64,000 nt of DNA, from positions 44,826,001 through 44,890,000 of the forward strand of contig NC_043007.1 of NCBI RefSeq assembly GCF_006345805.1, in the 5' to 3' direction. This DNA is from Octopus sinensis. Lineage: Eukaryota. Shown piece after piece: positions 49,752-63,800 of the stretch. How positions within the stretch are numbered: position 1 is the first letter of the stretch; the number at the start of each line of letters is the position of its first letter. The notes below the pieces were generated by a model, which was given only the letters and a program-made list of their open reading frames with translations, searched no databases and was not told where the DNA came from. The translations under genes were made by a program, and so were the position numbers.

Positions 49752-51455
49752 CTTCCCTGACAACTTTGGGGGGTACTGAATTCTACAGAGATCCTTCAGG
49801 TTTGACCTTCTGCATTTGTATGCTGTTTTGCTATTGCTGTCGCTGCTACTGTTGTTGTTGTTGCTGTTATTTAGCATGTACAATTTATGGGTTGTCAGTC
49901 AGTGTCGGCTATGTGATGTGTGGGGGCAAAAGAATGATGGTTTTATATTTTGTATGTCCTTGCATGTATTTGTGTATGTGTTTGAAAATACACAATGTGT
50001 GTATATTGTATTTAAAATGTGTATATGTATATATTGTATTTGAAAAAATACAATATGTGCATATAATGTATTTAAAAATATGCAACATGTATAAGTGCTG
50101 TATTTAAAAATATACAGCATGTGTATATGCTCTATTTAAAAATATACATTTGTATATATTTTACCTAAGCATATCAACATATTTGTATGTTTTACAAATA
50201 CAATGTTTATATCAATTTAAACTTGCACAGATTTAATGACAAATTAACCATTAATTACTAAGAGTTAAGTGATAGTAATTAGTAATATTCTTTCTGATAA
50301 ACTACATTTATTTTTTCTCTCTTTATAAAAATAAAATTTAGAAAACAAATAGTTTAACACTTTAGCCTTTAAACCTGCTATTTCGACCCAAATATTCTGC
50401 CTGTTTTATGTCGAAGCTAGCCAAATTCAGCCTCTCACTCCTACCCTACAATGTTAATCTAAAAATAAACAGTCACATCCTCAAACTTTCAAAGCTACAA
50501 GATTATTCATTATTAATTTTTAAAAATGCGAATAAATAAACATCACTTTTGGCAAAGTAAACTAAATGTCAAATATCAGTCATGTTAGAAAAAACTGTGA
50601 AATTACACATTTGTCACAAATACTGTACACCCGTATACTATTTTGTGATATTTTTATATTTTAAAACAAATAAAGCAGTTGATGGTGTAAAACTAAGTTT
50701 GTTGTACTTAGATGGTGTACAGGTTTTGTATGTTTGTTATATACATTTGCTTCATTTTTGTTTGTTTTTCCATGCAAGCTTTTGTTAGATCCATATATTA
50801 TGGAGGCATTGTTTTACAGCTGGATGTCCTTTCTGTCATTAACCCTACTAGATTGTCAAATGAAGAATCTTCTTTTATTTTACATGCCTTTGAGGGAACA
50901 AAGTGAGTGGGTTTTTTGAACAGAAGTGAAAGCAACAGCACTACTCATAGCAAGTGCCTTTAGTAGAATACAAACATAAACACACACATACACACATTTA
51001 TATATAAAATGTTACCTTCTATGAAACTCACTCACAAGACTTTGGTTCATAGAAGACACTTGCCCAAAGTGGCATGCAGTGGGATTGAACCTGAAGCCAC
51101 ATAGTTAAGAAGTGAACTTGATCACACTGCCATTTATGAGAATAATAAAGGTGGAGGTGTGAAGAGGTACAATGTTTGTAAACTTAAGACACTAAGTTGT
51201 TGGCTTCAAGTTCAAATAATATGTCAGATATTGTGTTTTGACCGGAACAAGACAGTTTACTTCGCTCAGCTGGCTTGACCCCTTTCCCCCACCTAAGGAT
51301 ATGTTAAACATGAAAAGAACCCACTTCTGCTTGTGCTTCATGAATTAACAGCTGGAAGGGTATATAGCTGTTAAAACAATTGTACTCATCCTCACAAAAA
51401 TGTGAAAAATACACTCAAGAAAGCATGAATATATAAATGCAAAACATAAACAATA

Positions 51456-51504
<49 letters not shown>

Positions 51505-51797
51505 TTACACACATACATACATGTACACATATATATATACATACACATACTTATCTCTTTATTTGTAGCCGTGAATGCTTAATTTGTGTGTGTGTATAGT
51601 ATATATATATATATATATATATGTTATTTGTACAACAAGCTGGTCTGCATGTTTTCTTCATTTATGTTGTTTTACAGTTTATATTACTACTGAGTGAGTC
51701 AGTGTTGCTTCATGCTAAATATCTCTTGTGCTGCTCTTTCTATATTTATTATGTATCTATGCGTCTGTCTATAACACACACACACACACAAACACAC

Positions 51798-51842
<45 letters not shown>

Positions 51843-51993
51843 CAGTGGGCAACAAGTTCAAATGAAGCTGTGTATGGCCACTTAGGATAAAGAATTCAAG
51901 GATAATTCTGACAATGAATAATATACTTAATCCATAATGATTTGTCTGGCAAAATACATGTTGTCAGACTAATGATCGGGGATTATAAATGTG

Positions 51994-52024
<31 letters not shown>

Positions 52025-55000
52025 TGTGTGTGTATATATTTGACATAAAGTGGAAACTGTGAATCACTTTGACTTTGAAGCTAAGGTTTTGATTTCGGCC
52101 AAGAATAAAGTACAATATAATAAAAGTATATAAAAATAAGGACAGAGGCATTGTCACAATAGGGAGGGTATGCTATGATGCTTCAGTTTGTGTAGCTGTA
52201 AAATGATGCATTATTGGATAACATTTAAGGAAGTATTCACCTCCAAATATATTTATTATTGAACTATTTATTGATTAAAAAGTTTGCTTCTCCCTCACAG
52301 TGTTCCAGGTTTGATCCCATTTGTATGTCAATTTGGGTAAGTGACATCTACTATAACCTTGGCTTGACCAAAGCTTCACTTAGTCAAATTCATTAAGATG
52401 GAGTTTGTGTAGAAGCCCTGTAATTCACTGACATAGTTTTGTCATACACAGTTTCATGCTGGCTCTGCCTAAGAATTGTCTTAATGGTACTATTAAGTGT
52501 CTTTACCAAGGTCTCAGTTATATTGGTGATGGGATTCAAACAAACATTTGGCCCTTTTTGTCCTACATTTGTGCCCACTTGTTATTTTCAACAAACATAA
52601 AGCATAAGAAATAATAAAAGGATTACAAAAAATTGTAATATATTTAAAAATAAAGTATAAAAAAAACAATATGTTGCATAATAAAGATAAATAGTGAAAA
52701 ACAAAGCCTTAAAAGGAAATGGCTCGAATAAATATTTTCATGTTTTGACTAAAATGTAGAATTTAATATCATTTTTATGCCGGATCAATTAAAGCTAAGT
52801 AATAAATTCTGGCCTGATATCTTTTCAAAATTAAACTTATTGAGTTTTCAGTTAAACAACATACATCATTTGGCCTCAGTTTGTTTATTTTTGTTTGTTT
52901 TGATATTTTTTGCTCCGTTTAATTTTAAAATAAATTTTATTGTAAATTTCTCTTAATTTGCTAAGATTTCATGATTGTTTTAATAATTCTAGAAATAAAT
53001 CTAGTTTGACATTATATATGTGTGTGTGTGTTTAATGTGTGAAATGTAATGAAGTGAAAATGTATTCTGTAGAGTTAAATAATGTTGCATTACAAAGTTA
53101 AGTCTGAGAATTAGAAAAGAAAAACAAACAAATATTAATTCATACAAACTCAGATGTTTTAGTTAATTGTTATAAAAAAACAAGAAAATGGCAGCAAAGC
53201 TGCATGGTAGTGGTGTCAGATGTAGCATGCAGACCATCATATAACTTGTTTGACAGTGTGTTTGACATTCTTCTCTTCCGTTATTTTTTGACATGCACAT
53301 TGCATTTTTATACTTTTCTTCCATTTTACGAATTCAGTGTGCACATGCGCATTGCATGTTCATTCTTCTTTTTCCACTTCCTACTCAAAACTGTTTACAG
53401 ATCACAACCATTGCTTCAATTTCTGATGGTTGTGAAAAAAAATATCTTCACACATATGCATGTATCTATATAGTATGATCCCAAGCTAGTATCCAGAAAT
53501 TTGGACACAGTAGCCTTCAGCTGACTTTCGCCATAGTTGAAGTGAAAGAAGATATAGAAGTAATTAGTAACACTATATGTATGTATGTGTGTGTGCATAC
53601 ATTTGCGTATGTATGCTCATGTGTATATGCACAGACACATGCATACAGACTCAGATAGGTGTATGTATATATATATATATATATATATACACTTACACAC
53701 ATGCACGCATGTGCACGTGTACACACACACACACAAGAAAGTAAATATTGTTTATGGCTTTGGAGTTTCTGTTCAACAGCTGCCATGAATGGTGTATAGT
53801 TTGGCTCATTCTGGTTTTATATAGTTTTTGATAGAGTGGTCCTTTAGTAGGTGTAGAAATGTGAATGAGAATTAGCAGTGATGTGGGTAGACAAGGAAAG
53901 TGGTTGTAAAAAAATAAGAAAGAGGAATGGAGAAGGATAGGCAGGGAGAACAGATGGGAACGTGGATGATGATTTTAGTTGGGGGGATGAAGTATGGTAG
54001 ACAGAAGAGGATTGGGTTGTATGGCAGCGGGAAGAGATTAATGACAAGGTTGGGAAAAAGAGAGGAATAGAAATGAAAAAGTGAGAGGATAGGTTAAGGG
54101 CTAACCAGCATCATGAGAGGTGAATATGGACTGAAGGTATGAGGGAATGGAAACAGGGAGGGAGCTACAGATTAAGGTAGTGAGTAATACTCAGTGAGTC
54201 TGTGAAGGAAAGAGATGTGAGGGGCAGGAGTTGGGGAAGAGTTTGATGCTGAAAAATACTATTAGTTGTAGGATGAAGAAAAGCATCAGTGTGTGATGAA
54301 AGCATCAAAGATGGGGTGGCAAGGAAGCATTGCAGGGGAACAGTGAGTGCAGCAATGAAATGGAAGGTTTGAAGGCAGAGATGTAAGGACAGGTAGTGTG
54401 ATAAGGGTAAGTGGAAATATTGGGTGGCAGTGGAAGTAACTTTGGATAGTGTATACTGAACATGATGAGGAGTTGGGAGTCCTGGAAGGCACATATAAGG
54501 TGATAGGCAGTAAGGTAGGCTTGGTGGAGAGTAGTATACACATATATCTACACAAATACATATACACTCATTCACATATATACACACGTTTCAACTCCTT
54601 ACTGCCATTATGTTAAGGTGCATTTTTCTATTGCTTGATGGGTCTTCTGTAGCACTGCATATCACCAGTCTGTTCAGCTCTCTTCCTCCTCTTCTAGTTC
54701 TGCTGACTTGCAGTGCTTGGCTCTTTTGTATGCATCAGTCATCTCCCTTATTCATCAAACAGAAATGTATATAAAAACCCAGTGTATGCAACTGAAACAT
54801 CATTCAATTGATATAGCCATCTATGTATCATACATACACAGTTGAAAGGCATATATACTTAACGTATGTGCAGTTCATTTAAACCTGTTGGTGACATGGT
54901 GCCATATCACTGATACATTTAAATGAATGCTTTTTCTCTTTTACTCCTTCACCTTTTCTTAATTCCTTAAACTCTTTCTTATTCTTCAACTTGTCTTTCT

Positions 55001-55209
55001 CTCCTCATCTTTTCCCTTCATCTCACTCTTGACTTTGCCTGCTTCTCGTCATCTCAGTACATTTTTCCCCTTCCTCCTCGCACTCTCTGTTACCACTTCT
55101 TGTTCACATATGAAGCTCATGTGGTCCTGCATTTCTGATGAGATGCAATAATTTGTTTTTAAGATGTAAAATTCTGCTGCTTCCCTTTAATTTCTCTCCT
55201 TTCAACTTT

Positions 55210-55244
55210 GTCCCTGAGGAAGGACTGTGTCCAAGACATTGGAT
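55210..55244 (+). ncRNA. Degenerate minimal hammerhead relic
   Basis: TCC-CTGAGGA-A-GGAC(TGT)GTCC-AAGAC-ATT-GGA; helices I and II pair, GAAAC mutated. Confidence 0.5.
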
Positions 55245-55408
55245 TTTTCACACCTTGCAACAAGCTCACCATACCCTTTTTATCAATTTTATTACGTAAT
55301 ACAGGTCTTGCTGACACAGAACAACACCATCCTCATTGGAGTCTGTTTGAATATATATATTCAGTGTGTGTATGTCTATATATATAAATGTGTGTGTATA
55401 TATATGTC

Positions 55409-55441
<33 letters not shown>

Positions 55442-55521
55442 ATATATAGATATATAAAAATGTGTGTATATGTCAATATATATAAACATGTATATGTCTA
55501 TATGTATATTTATGTCTATGT

Positions 55522-55579
<58 letters not shown>

Positions 55580-56925
55580 TATGTGTGTTTCTATACACTT
55601 GTACACACTTTTTTGTTTTGTTTTGTTTTGTTTACTTTTGTAAAATATAAAAGCATCTTATAATCATAAATTAAATGAAAGTGAAATAAAATTACTTAAA
55701 ACGAAATCAGATTAAAAACTATAACAAAGAATCTTCATAGGTGTATTTATTGCCATGAGACTATACGTGTAATGGCTATAAGCATCATTCAAGTTAAATT
55801 CTTAATGTTTTTAACTTCAGTTTTTCTTCTTTCCAAATATTAACTTTTTTTTTTATTTCTTTTCTAAAGATTATCAAAGAATAATGTTCTTTTAAATCAT
55901 ATTTTATATTCATATTTGAAAAATAAAATAGACCTTTAAACTTGATGAAATATTATTGTTAACCCTTTTTGAAAAAAATAAAACAATGTATATATGAATA
56001 TTTAATGTAGTTACGTCCCTTTATATTTTGGGTTTAAAAGAAATCCTACTGGGGTTGGTTTTGTCTTATAATCTGGTTACAGTGGAAGGTGATATTAAGA
56101 CCTGTCAAGAGGAGGATGGTTTGATTTTGTAAAGCAGACCTGTCCCCGACAGCAGAAGTGTTAAGGTTGCATTCCCTGATGAAAAGGACTGGCCTGCAAA
56201 GTCCTGTGCCAGTGCCATGTAAAAGTTCTTGTGCTGGTACTGCATTTAAAGCACTGAGCACACACTGTAAAGTGTTTGGCATTAGGAAGGACATCCAGCA
56301 ATACAAACGAAGCCCAATTAAACTGGAACCTGGTGCAGCTTTCCAGCTTGCCAGCTCTGGTCAAACCATCCAAACCATGCCAGCATGGAAAATGGATGTT
56401 GAAGGATGATGACAATGCTCTTTTTAGATACTTAACGATCAGACTTCATTCCAGTGTGAAGTTTAATGGTGCCACCTAATTGTAAACATTTCAGTCAAAT
56501 TAATCGAAGTCAGTGGTTAACATCAACTTTAAACTTGCTAATACAGATATTTCCATAACATTTTATGTTAAACAATAATCAGAAGCCAAAAAAAAAAAAA
56601 ATAATAAATAAATAAAACCCATAAAAAGCAAAGTTCAATTGAATTGTATAGATGCCATTTTTAATTAGTTCTAGGTTTGTTCTGATTAAAGGCCATTTTT
56701 TACTTTTATATATATATATATATATAATAATTCTCTAAATGAGATATAGACAGTAACTGCTCCATAATAAAAGGGACATTAGCTATTTGAATGTGGCTAG
56801 GGACAGGGCAGGGCGGGGGGGTGTTACTGATGCATTTAGCCCCAGGCGATCATCAACGTCACCAGATAGGCTTGACACCATCACGGTGTCCTCTATCCTG
56901 CAAAGGGAGATCATTCCCCGAAGAA

Positions 56926-56991
56926 GCGGATGCCACATACGGACCCAGGTTTCAAGGTGTTTGCCTCTCGTCAACGTATGGTAGGCACCGC
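56926..56991 (-). ncRNA. Type I hammerhead ribozyme, U3 variant (identical inverted mate)
   Basis: Exact reverse complement of 57147-57212. Confidence 0.85.
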
Positions 56992-57146
56992 CCCTCGACG
57001 AACGACTCTCTGTGCAGGATATTTATATATAGATTTTCACGTTTAGAGAATTATTATTGCTGTCGAACAGATTTTCGAAATCAGTAAATGTATTTACGTG
57101 AAAATCTATATATAAATATCCTGCACAGAGAGTCGTTCGTCGAGGG

Positions 57147-57212
57147 GCGGTGCCTACCATACGTTGACGAGAGGCAAACACCTTGAAACCTGGGTCCGTA
57201 TGTGGCATCCGC
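57147..57212 (+). ncRNA. Type I hammerhead ribozyme, U3 variant
   Basis: CAUACG-UUGACGA-GAGG(CAAACA)CCUU-GAAAC-CUGG-GUC/CGUAUG. Helix I extends via UGCC/GGCA and GCGG/CCGC; cleavage predicted after 57196. Confidence 0.85.
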
Positions 57213-57298
57213 TTCTTCGGGGAATGATCTCCCTTTGCAGGATAGAGGACACCGTGATGGTGTCAAGCCTATTTGGTGACGTTGATGATCGCCTGGGG

Positions 57299-57347
<49 letters not shown>

Positions 57348-59456
57348 TAACCCTTTAGCATTTAAACTGGCCATATCCGGCCCAAATATTCTACCTGTTA
57401 TATGTTTAAAATGGCTAGATTTAGCCTCTCGCAACTACCTTACAATGTCATTCTAAAAATAAAGACACACATCTTTGAAATTTCAAAGCTACAGGATTAA
57501 TTTTTAAAAATGTGAATAAATAAGGAATACATTTAACAAAGAAATCTGAATGCTAAAGGATTACAGCTACATTATTTAGTATATCCTTTCTTTGTGAGAG
57601 TTCATTTTAAAATTTCATTTATAATTGAATCTGCAACAACAACCACAATAATAATAATCCGTTCTACTGGCAGGCTGAAGGCCTGGGGAAGGAGTAAATT
57701 GATTACACCAACCTCAGTGCTCAACTGGTTCTTATTTTACTGACACCAAAAGAATGAAAGATAAAGTTAACCTTGGTGGAATTTAAAATCACAATGTAAA
57801 GCTGGAAGAAATGCTGTGAAGCATTCTGTCCAGTGTGTTAACCATTCCTTGCCAACATACTGCCTTAATAATAATAAATCCTTTCTACTGTAGGCACAAG
57901 GCCTGGGGAAGGAATAAATTGGTTACATCAAAACCCTAGTGCTCAACTGGTACTCATTTTATTGACACCAAGCAGGTGAAAGGCAAAGTTTACCTTGACA
58001 AAATTTGAACTTAGAATGTAATGAATTGAAAGAAATGCCACTAAATATTTTGTCAATGGTGCTAATGATTCTGCCTGCTCATCACCTTGTTGATGATGAT
58101 AATAGTAATAATTTTTCTTCCATAAGCACAAGGCCTGAAATTTTGGGTGGGAGGAGGGGAGCTAGTTGGTTATATTGTCCCCAGTGCTTGAGTGGTACCC
58201 ATGTTATTGACCCTGAAAGGATGAAAGGCGAAATTGACTTTGGCAGAATTCAAAATCAAAATGTAAAACTGGAAGAAATGTTGCAAAGCATTTTGTCTAG
58301 TATGCTAACAATTCTGCCATCATACTGCCTTAATAATAATAAATTCTTTCTACTGTGGGCACCAGGCCTGAAATTGTGCTTAACTATTATTTTATTGACC
58401 CAAAATGGGTGAAAGTCAAAGTCAATCATGACAGATTTTGAACTCAAAATGCTATTTTGTTTGAGGTGCTGATGATTCTGTCAGAACCCTGTAAATCATG
58501 AATTATTTTGACTACAAAATAAGCAAGTGCCTTCACCCTTTATGATATCATTTGATGTATTATTACTTTTATTATTATTAAAATGGTGTGTTGGCAATAT
58601 CGTTATCATGCTATACAAAATGCTTAGTGGCATTTCCTCCACCTCTTTATGCTCTGAGTTCAAATGTTGCTGAAGTCAACTTTGCCTTTCATTCTTCTGG
58701 GGTCGATAAAACAAATGCTAGTTGAACTCTGAGGTTTATGTAAGCAACTAGCCCCCTTCTTCAAAATTTCAGGTGTTTTGCCTATTGTAGGCATATATAT
58801 ATATAAATAAATGTGCATGTGTTCTTGTATCATGCAATATCAAGACAAAGAGACAAAAACACATTACATGTTAATGAGTATCATCACTGCCATACAAGTG
58901 TTATGCTTTGTTTGAAATTTTCCATAAGACTTTCAATCATGGGGCAATATTATCTTGCTTGGAAGCAGGTGAGGGTTGTTGGCAGAAAGGACATCAGGCT
59001 GTAGAAAATCTGCCTCAATCAATTCTGATTGACCCATGCAAGCATGGAAAAGTGAACATTAAAACAATGATGATGTTGATGCTAATTTATTATGAAAATG
59101 AAAATTTTTTTATAAAATAAAATTTTAAAAAATCTTATTAACAATCACCTCGTCTTTCAGAACCCAGAATATTTTCATGGAACCCAAGAGTTTCATGGAA
59201 TCCAGACCTTACATAAACAGTGGTATTAGTGATCATTCATTGATCAGTGATATCATTTAGGTGACCTTTTCATGATTAGAGTTATTGATTAGTGATGCCA
59301 ATTAGATGGCTTTTCATAATTAGAGGTATCGATCAATTAGTGACTATTGATATTTTTAACATTATATTTAATCAGTTACTAAGTTTAAGATAACCACCGG
59401 ACCCCTTGCCTGTCTCTTTTACAAGGATTCCGACCAGATCTGGGGTTAATCTAATA

Positions 59457-59489
<33 letters not shown>

Positions 59490-61149
59490 GTTTGACTTTC
59501 TGTTATAGTAACCCATGAATCATAAATTCTTCCTCCCTTACTTGCCCCTCAGTTTTGGAGGCTTTGAAAATGGTCATGGGTGGTGCACTTATTCTTCTGC
59601 CTGACAGCTAGAATGCAAATTTGGATTGCAGAATTGGGTCACTGTTAGCCTACCCCTCTATACACTGCAACAAAATAACATAACCATATTTGAAGTTTGT
59701 CTTACCATCTAGACCCTGTGGCACATGCTGCTAGAATAATGCAGAACCAACCAAAGGGATCAGTCTTCTTGTTAGAAATGGCATCCAAATTTCCCTCAGA
59801 TAATATAATAATAATAAAAAAGAAAGAAAACAGACATGTCAGATACAGTAATTCAAGGTGCACTATGTCCAAAGAATGAGACAGAATGGTTATAGGTCTG
59901 GTGGATCAGGGCTATCATAAGCTTAAACAACAACAACAATAGCCATACAAATAGCAGCTATGGTTTGAGAATCAAGATATTGCAATTTTGTGATTGCTGT
60001 TAACAGTTCTAGACTTTAATTAAAACAAAAATGACAGCAACAGCTATTGATAAGTAAGTGATTAGTACAACTAAATGTCTTAGTAGCTATTTGAAATAAT
60101 GTTGGTGTGTGTATTTGAAAAGGTTAGAGAATGGGTTTATTTTTTTATAAATTTGTATCAAAATTACAATAAATAAATGTGAAATTGTTCTGAGTTGATA
60201 TTTTTGTTTTATTTACAATAAATGAGGCATGCCTGAGAAACCCTTCCACTAGCCATCACTCCTTCTCCCCCAGGTTACATATGACAGACTAGTATCAGTC
60301 TTCTGTAACCATCACCCTTCTCTATAAATATCTGTTAATTACTCACATTTTAACACCAAAAATGTAGTTGCCATTTCCTCTCTCCCTCTTGGCATGACTA
60401 TCTCTCTTCCATTACTCCATCTAGTATTGTTTCTTTTGTTACTCCTTTTCCAATCACCGTCTTACACCATTAACTCTGTTCCCCCTTTCATTCTTCTCTC
60501 AGCTTCTCAGTTTAGCTCCGTTGCTGTCATTACTCTCATGTCTATTCTTCTTCTTATTGCAGTTTTGACAGGTACAAAGTAACCTAATTAGTGCTGGTAC
60601 CATGATAAAATTCACCCAGGACACTCTATAAAGTGGTTGATATTAGAAAAACCATCTAGCTCTAGAAGCCTAGCCAAAAATGAAGTGAGTTAGAGGTGGT
60701 CTTGTGGATCATCTAGGCGAACAGTAACATTGAGTAAAGGCTGATGATGATGCCTGGAGAAGCAGCTTGGCTGTGCCCATAGTGTTATCATGTCCTTTTG
60801 GCTGAGGGATAAGAATAACAAGATAAGACCAACATAATTACTGTTTAGTTTGAGCTGCACATGTCTATATCTACTTTATATTATTGTAAAGCAATAAATT
60901 AGTAACCAGTGCATGTGTGTGTGTTCATGTATATATGTATATAATTATGTATATGTGTATATAATTATATATATATACATGTTTGACTTTTTATCTAATG
61001 TACTCCTTTTATACAGAGTACAGAGCTCCTCCCACTTTTTTCCCATTGTGCTACCTAGTTTAGCACTACCTCCTGGCCCATACCTTGAGCAGAATTCACT
61101 AATTTAGACTAGATTCTTGATGAGGTTTCTGTGATCTCTTGATGTCCCC

Positions 61150-63800
61150 TCACCTTTTGCAGCTCCCTAACATGCTAAGGCCTAAAATTAAACATTCTGA
61201 TCAATCCTCCCTACTATCCAGGGACTTTGATTCTAGGTCCCATACATTGCCTCTTTCTAATATGCAAATGCCACAAATCTCTGAACTTCAAAAAGAAAGG
61301 TGGTATCTGTATTCCCACATGCTACATGCACACATGCCTCATCGCTTCTCATTTGGATATTAGCATCAAAACCTCCCTTCTCTACTCCAAATATTTCTGC
61401 TTCATGTTCCACACTCTAAACACATCCAGCCACAAACAACTCTTGACCAACAACTCTAAGGACAGCTACCTTACTTCATCCTGCTGAAGTTATTGTCCTT
61501 TGTGATATTAATGTTCACATGTCCTCTCTGACATGTATCTCATACTGATACCACTGATAGAGAGACCAAACCTTTTGCAATTCTAATTTCTCTACATCAA
61601 CTAGATTAATCCCCAGTATACATTCTCTGACCAACATACAGATATTCCAGTCATTATTTGATTTATTTCTTACCTCCATATCCAACCTTTACCAGACTAT
61701 AACTGTCTCTGCTCCTACTGGGTCATCTGACCACTGTCTTATTGTGACTTCCCAATACATGTCCATGTGCCATGCAGTGCCTCTACTCTTGGATCTTATG
61801 GCATTTCAAGGTAGCTCTGGTTGGAGCTCCACCAAATCTATATTACCTGTCCCTGGCACCATGTATGCCTCACTCTTATAGTAGAAACAGCTAGATGGGT
61901 GTCAGAATCCATTCTCTTTAGCATATCCTTCTATAAAATAATTGACCACAAAAGCTTCACAACTCCAAGTAACTCAAGTGATACATTCATAGTTGTGTTG
62001 CAGCAATTCTGCCCCACACCCACCAAGAAGTCTTACTATATGTAGTGAAATACACCCAACTCTACAAACTAGTTGGCTCTTACCTTACACTGCAACTTTT
62101 GCAGGACCATCACCTTGACTATGAAGACTTTTTTCATGAATCACACTGCCCTCAATTTCTCCCCGCTCCCAAACTGTAGCTCCACTGACATAGTGGAATC
62201 TGCTTTTCCTTCATTTCTCAGATTTGCCTGATCTATGACTAGTAATCCTACAATGCAAGCTCATTTCACTGCTTTGCAGCCAGTTCCAAACTGCATTCTG
62301 TTGATAAATCTTCTTCCACTCTCTATTGAGATATATCCCTCCTTTTTTGGAAATCTGTTTCAGTTTGTGCTCTTCCTAAAAGGTATGTCCTTCTGACCTG
62401 AACAATTAATGCCCTACTGCAATCAGTTTCAATATCCCAAAAGTAATGGAGATAATCATTTTGAACCTTTCTCTTTCCTTAATGACCACCAGTACTGATT
62501 TTGTAAAACTAGCTCTTCTAGAAACCTGCTGTCCTCTATGAATCACCAATGGGTCCTCACTCTAGTGAAATTTGGTGAGAGTTGTTACCCTTCGCACGAG
62601 AAAGTATTTCACTCTTTGGCATGCAAATCTTTCAAACCTGCCCCACTATGTGTTCCAGCCGTCTCACATCTCTTAGATCAATAGTTTCCTGTTAAATCAT
62701 ACTATTGTCGCTTGTGCTGTATCAGCTATGGCATACAAGGTTTAGTTCTGTCTCCAGTTCTCTCCTTCTTCAAACAAACCAGTGAAAGAAATCTACTTGC
62801 CATCACTTTTATCAATACTCACCTCTATATACATGATACCATCCTTCATTTCTTTCTATCCTTTCACACCCAGCAGTCATCTTTATGCAACTTTGACATT
62901 TCATGCCAAATCTGTACTAGCTCCATGAACAGAGACCTTAGAAACAGCCTCCTGTTGGATCATGTCAATCTTGTCAACATCAACATTAAAGAACCTCTCA
63001 AGCACTGCATACATCATGAAAGCATCCTCACAACTCACTCATACAACCCCTAGTTCTGATATCCCTTTGGATCAACTCTTGGTGAACGCACCTCCTTTAC
63101 ACATTGCCTGTCTTTTGTATCACATGTGATACACAAGATATATTTCTATAGCACCCATTGCCATTCCCAATTTTTTTTTCAGTGCAGGATTATGGAAAGA
63201 AAGCTTTATATTACTCAGAGAGATTAAGACTAAGGTTAACTAAAACTTTGAAAACAAGCATGGTCATTTAGGACTGACTAATGAAAATGCTTGGGACAGG
63301 CAAAAGTGCATCTCAAAGACTGGCCTTTCTCTTCAAGGCTAGAAAATACATTGGCCCTTGTTAACTAGTAACCCTCTCTAAAGCTCATTGTGTAACCCAT
63401 AATGGATTACTGCTATCATATCTAGGCTGGTGCTGCTACTACACATAGAGAAATCCCAAACTACATCTTGAAAAAAGGCACTTGACGGATTGATGTGAAG
63501 TCAGTTACAGACATATTTCACCCTTTGGTTCAGAGATGTGCTCTGTCCTCTTTTTGCTTCTTCTAGTGACACTACAACAGTCTCTGCTTCTTGGAACTTG
63601 TTGCTTCCATACCACTTCCACTCTTACATTCCTCTTCTTCTCTTAGATCCAACTTCTTAGGGTCTGCTGTAAACTACTATGCTCAGTCTTTCCTTCTCAG
63701 AATATCAGCCCTCAAGAATTGCTTCATGTCTTTACTGCTGATATTAATTTGCAACATTTTAATTGGAATGTTAATGATGGCATCAGCTTCACTGGTTGTG
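61150..63800 (+). mobile_element. Heavily decayed APE-type LINE (CR1/L2/Jockey group)
   Basis: KKKGGICI (~61290), FDLFLTS...VSAPTGSSDHCLI (61658-61747), WKSVSV...PSDLNN*CP...IPKVMEII (~62350-62460), GIQGLVLSPVL (~62730); many stops and frameshifts. Boundaries approximate. Confidence 0.8.

Noticed and set aside
56-55663. Dozens of ORFs rich in YI/HT/CV repeats in the ORF track
   Set aside because: They are translations of (TA)n, (CA)n and (TG)n microsatellites; no domain content.
56175-56215. CTGATGA-AA-AGGAC...GTCCT
   Set aside because: A stem is present but no GAAA follows; it lies in a SINE-derived region.
60270-60312. GGTTACA...TGTAACC hairpin with an inner GAC/GTC stem
   Set aside because: No hammerhead core on either strand; an isolated short hairpin.
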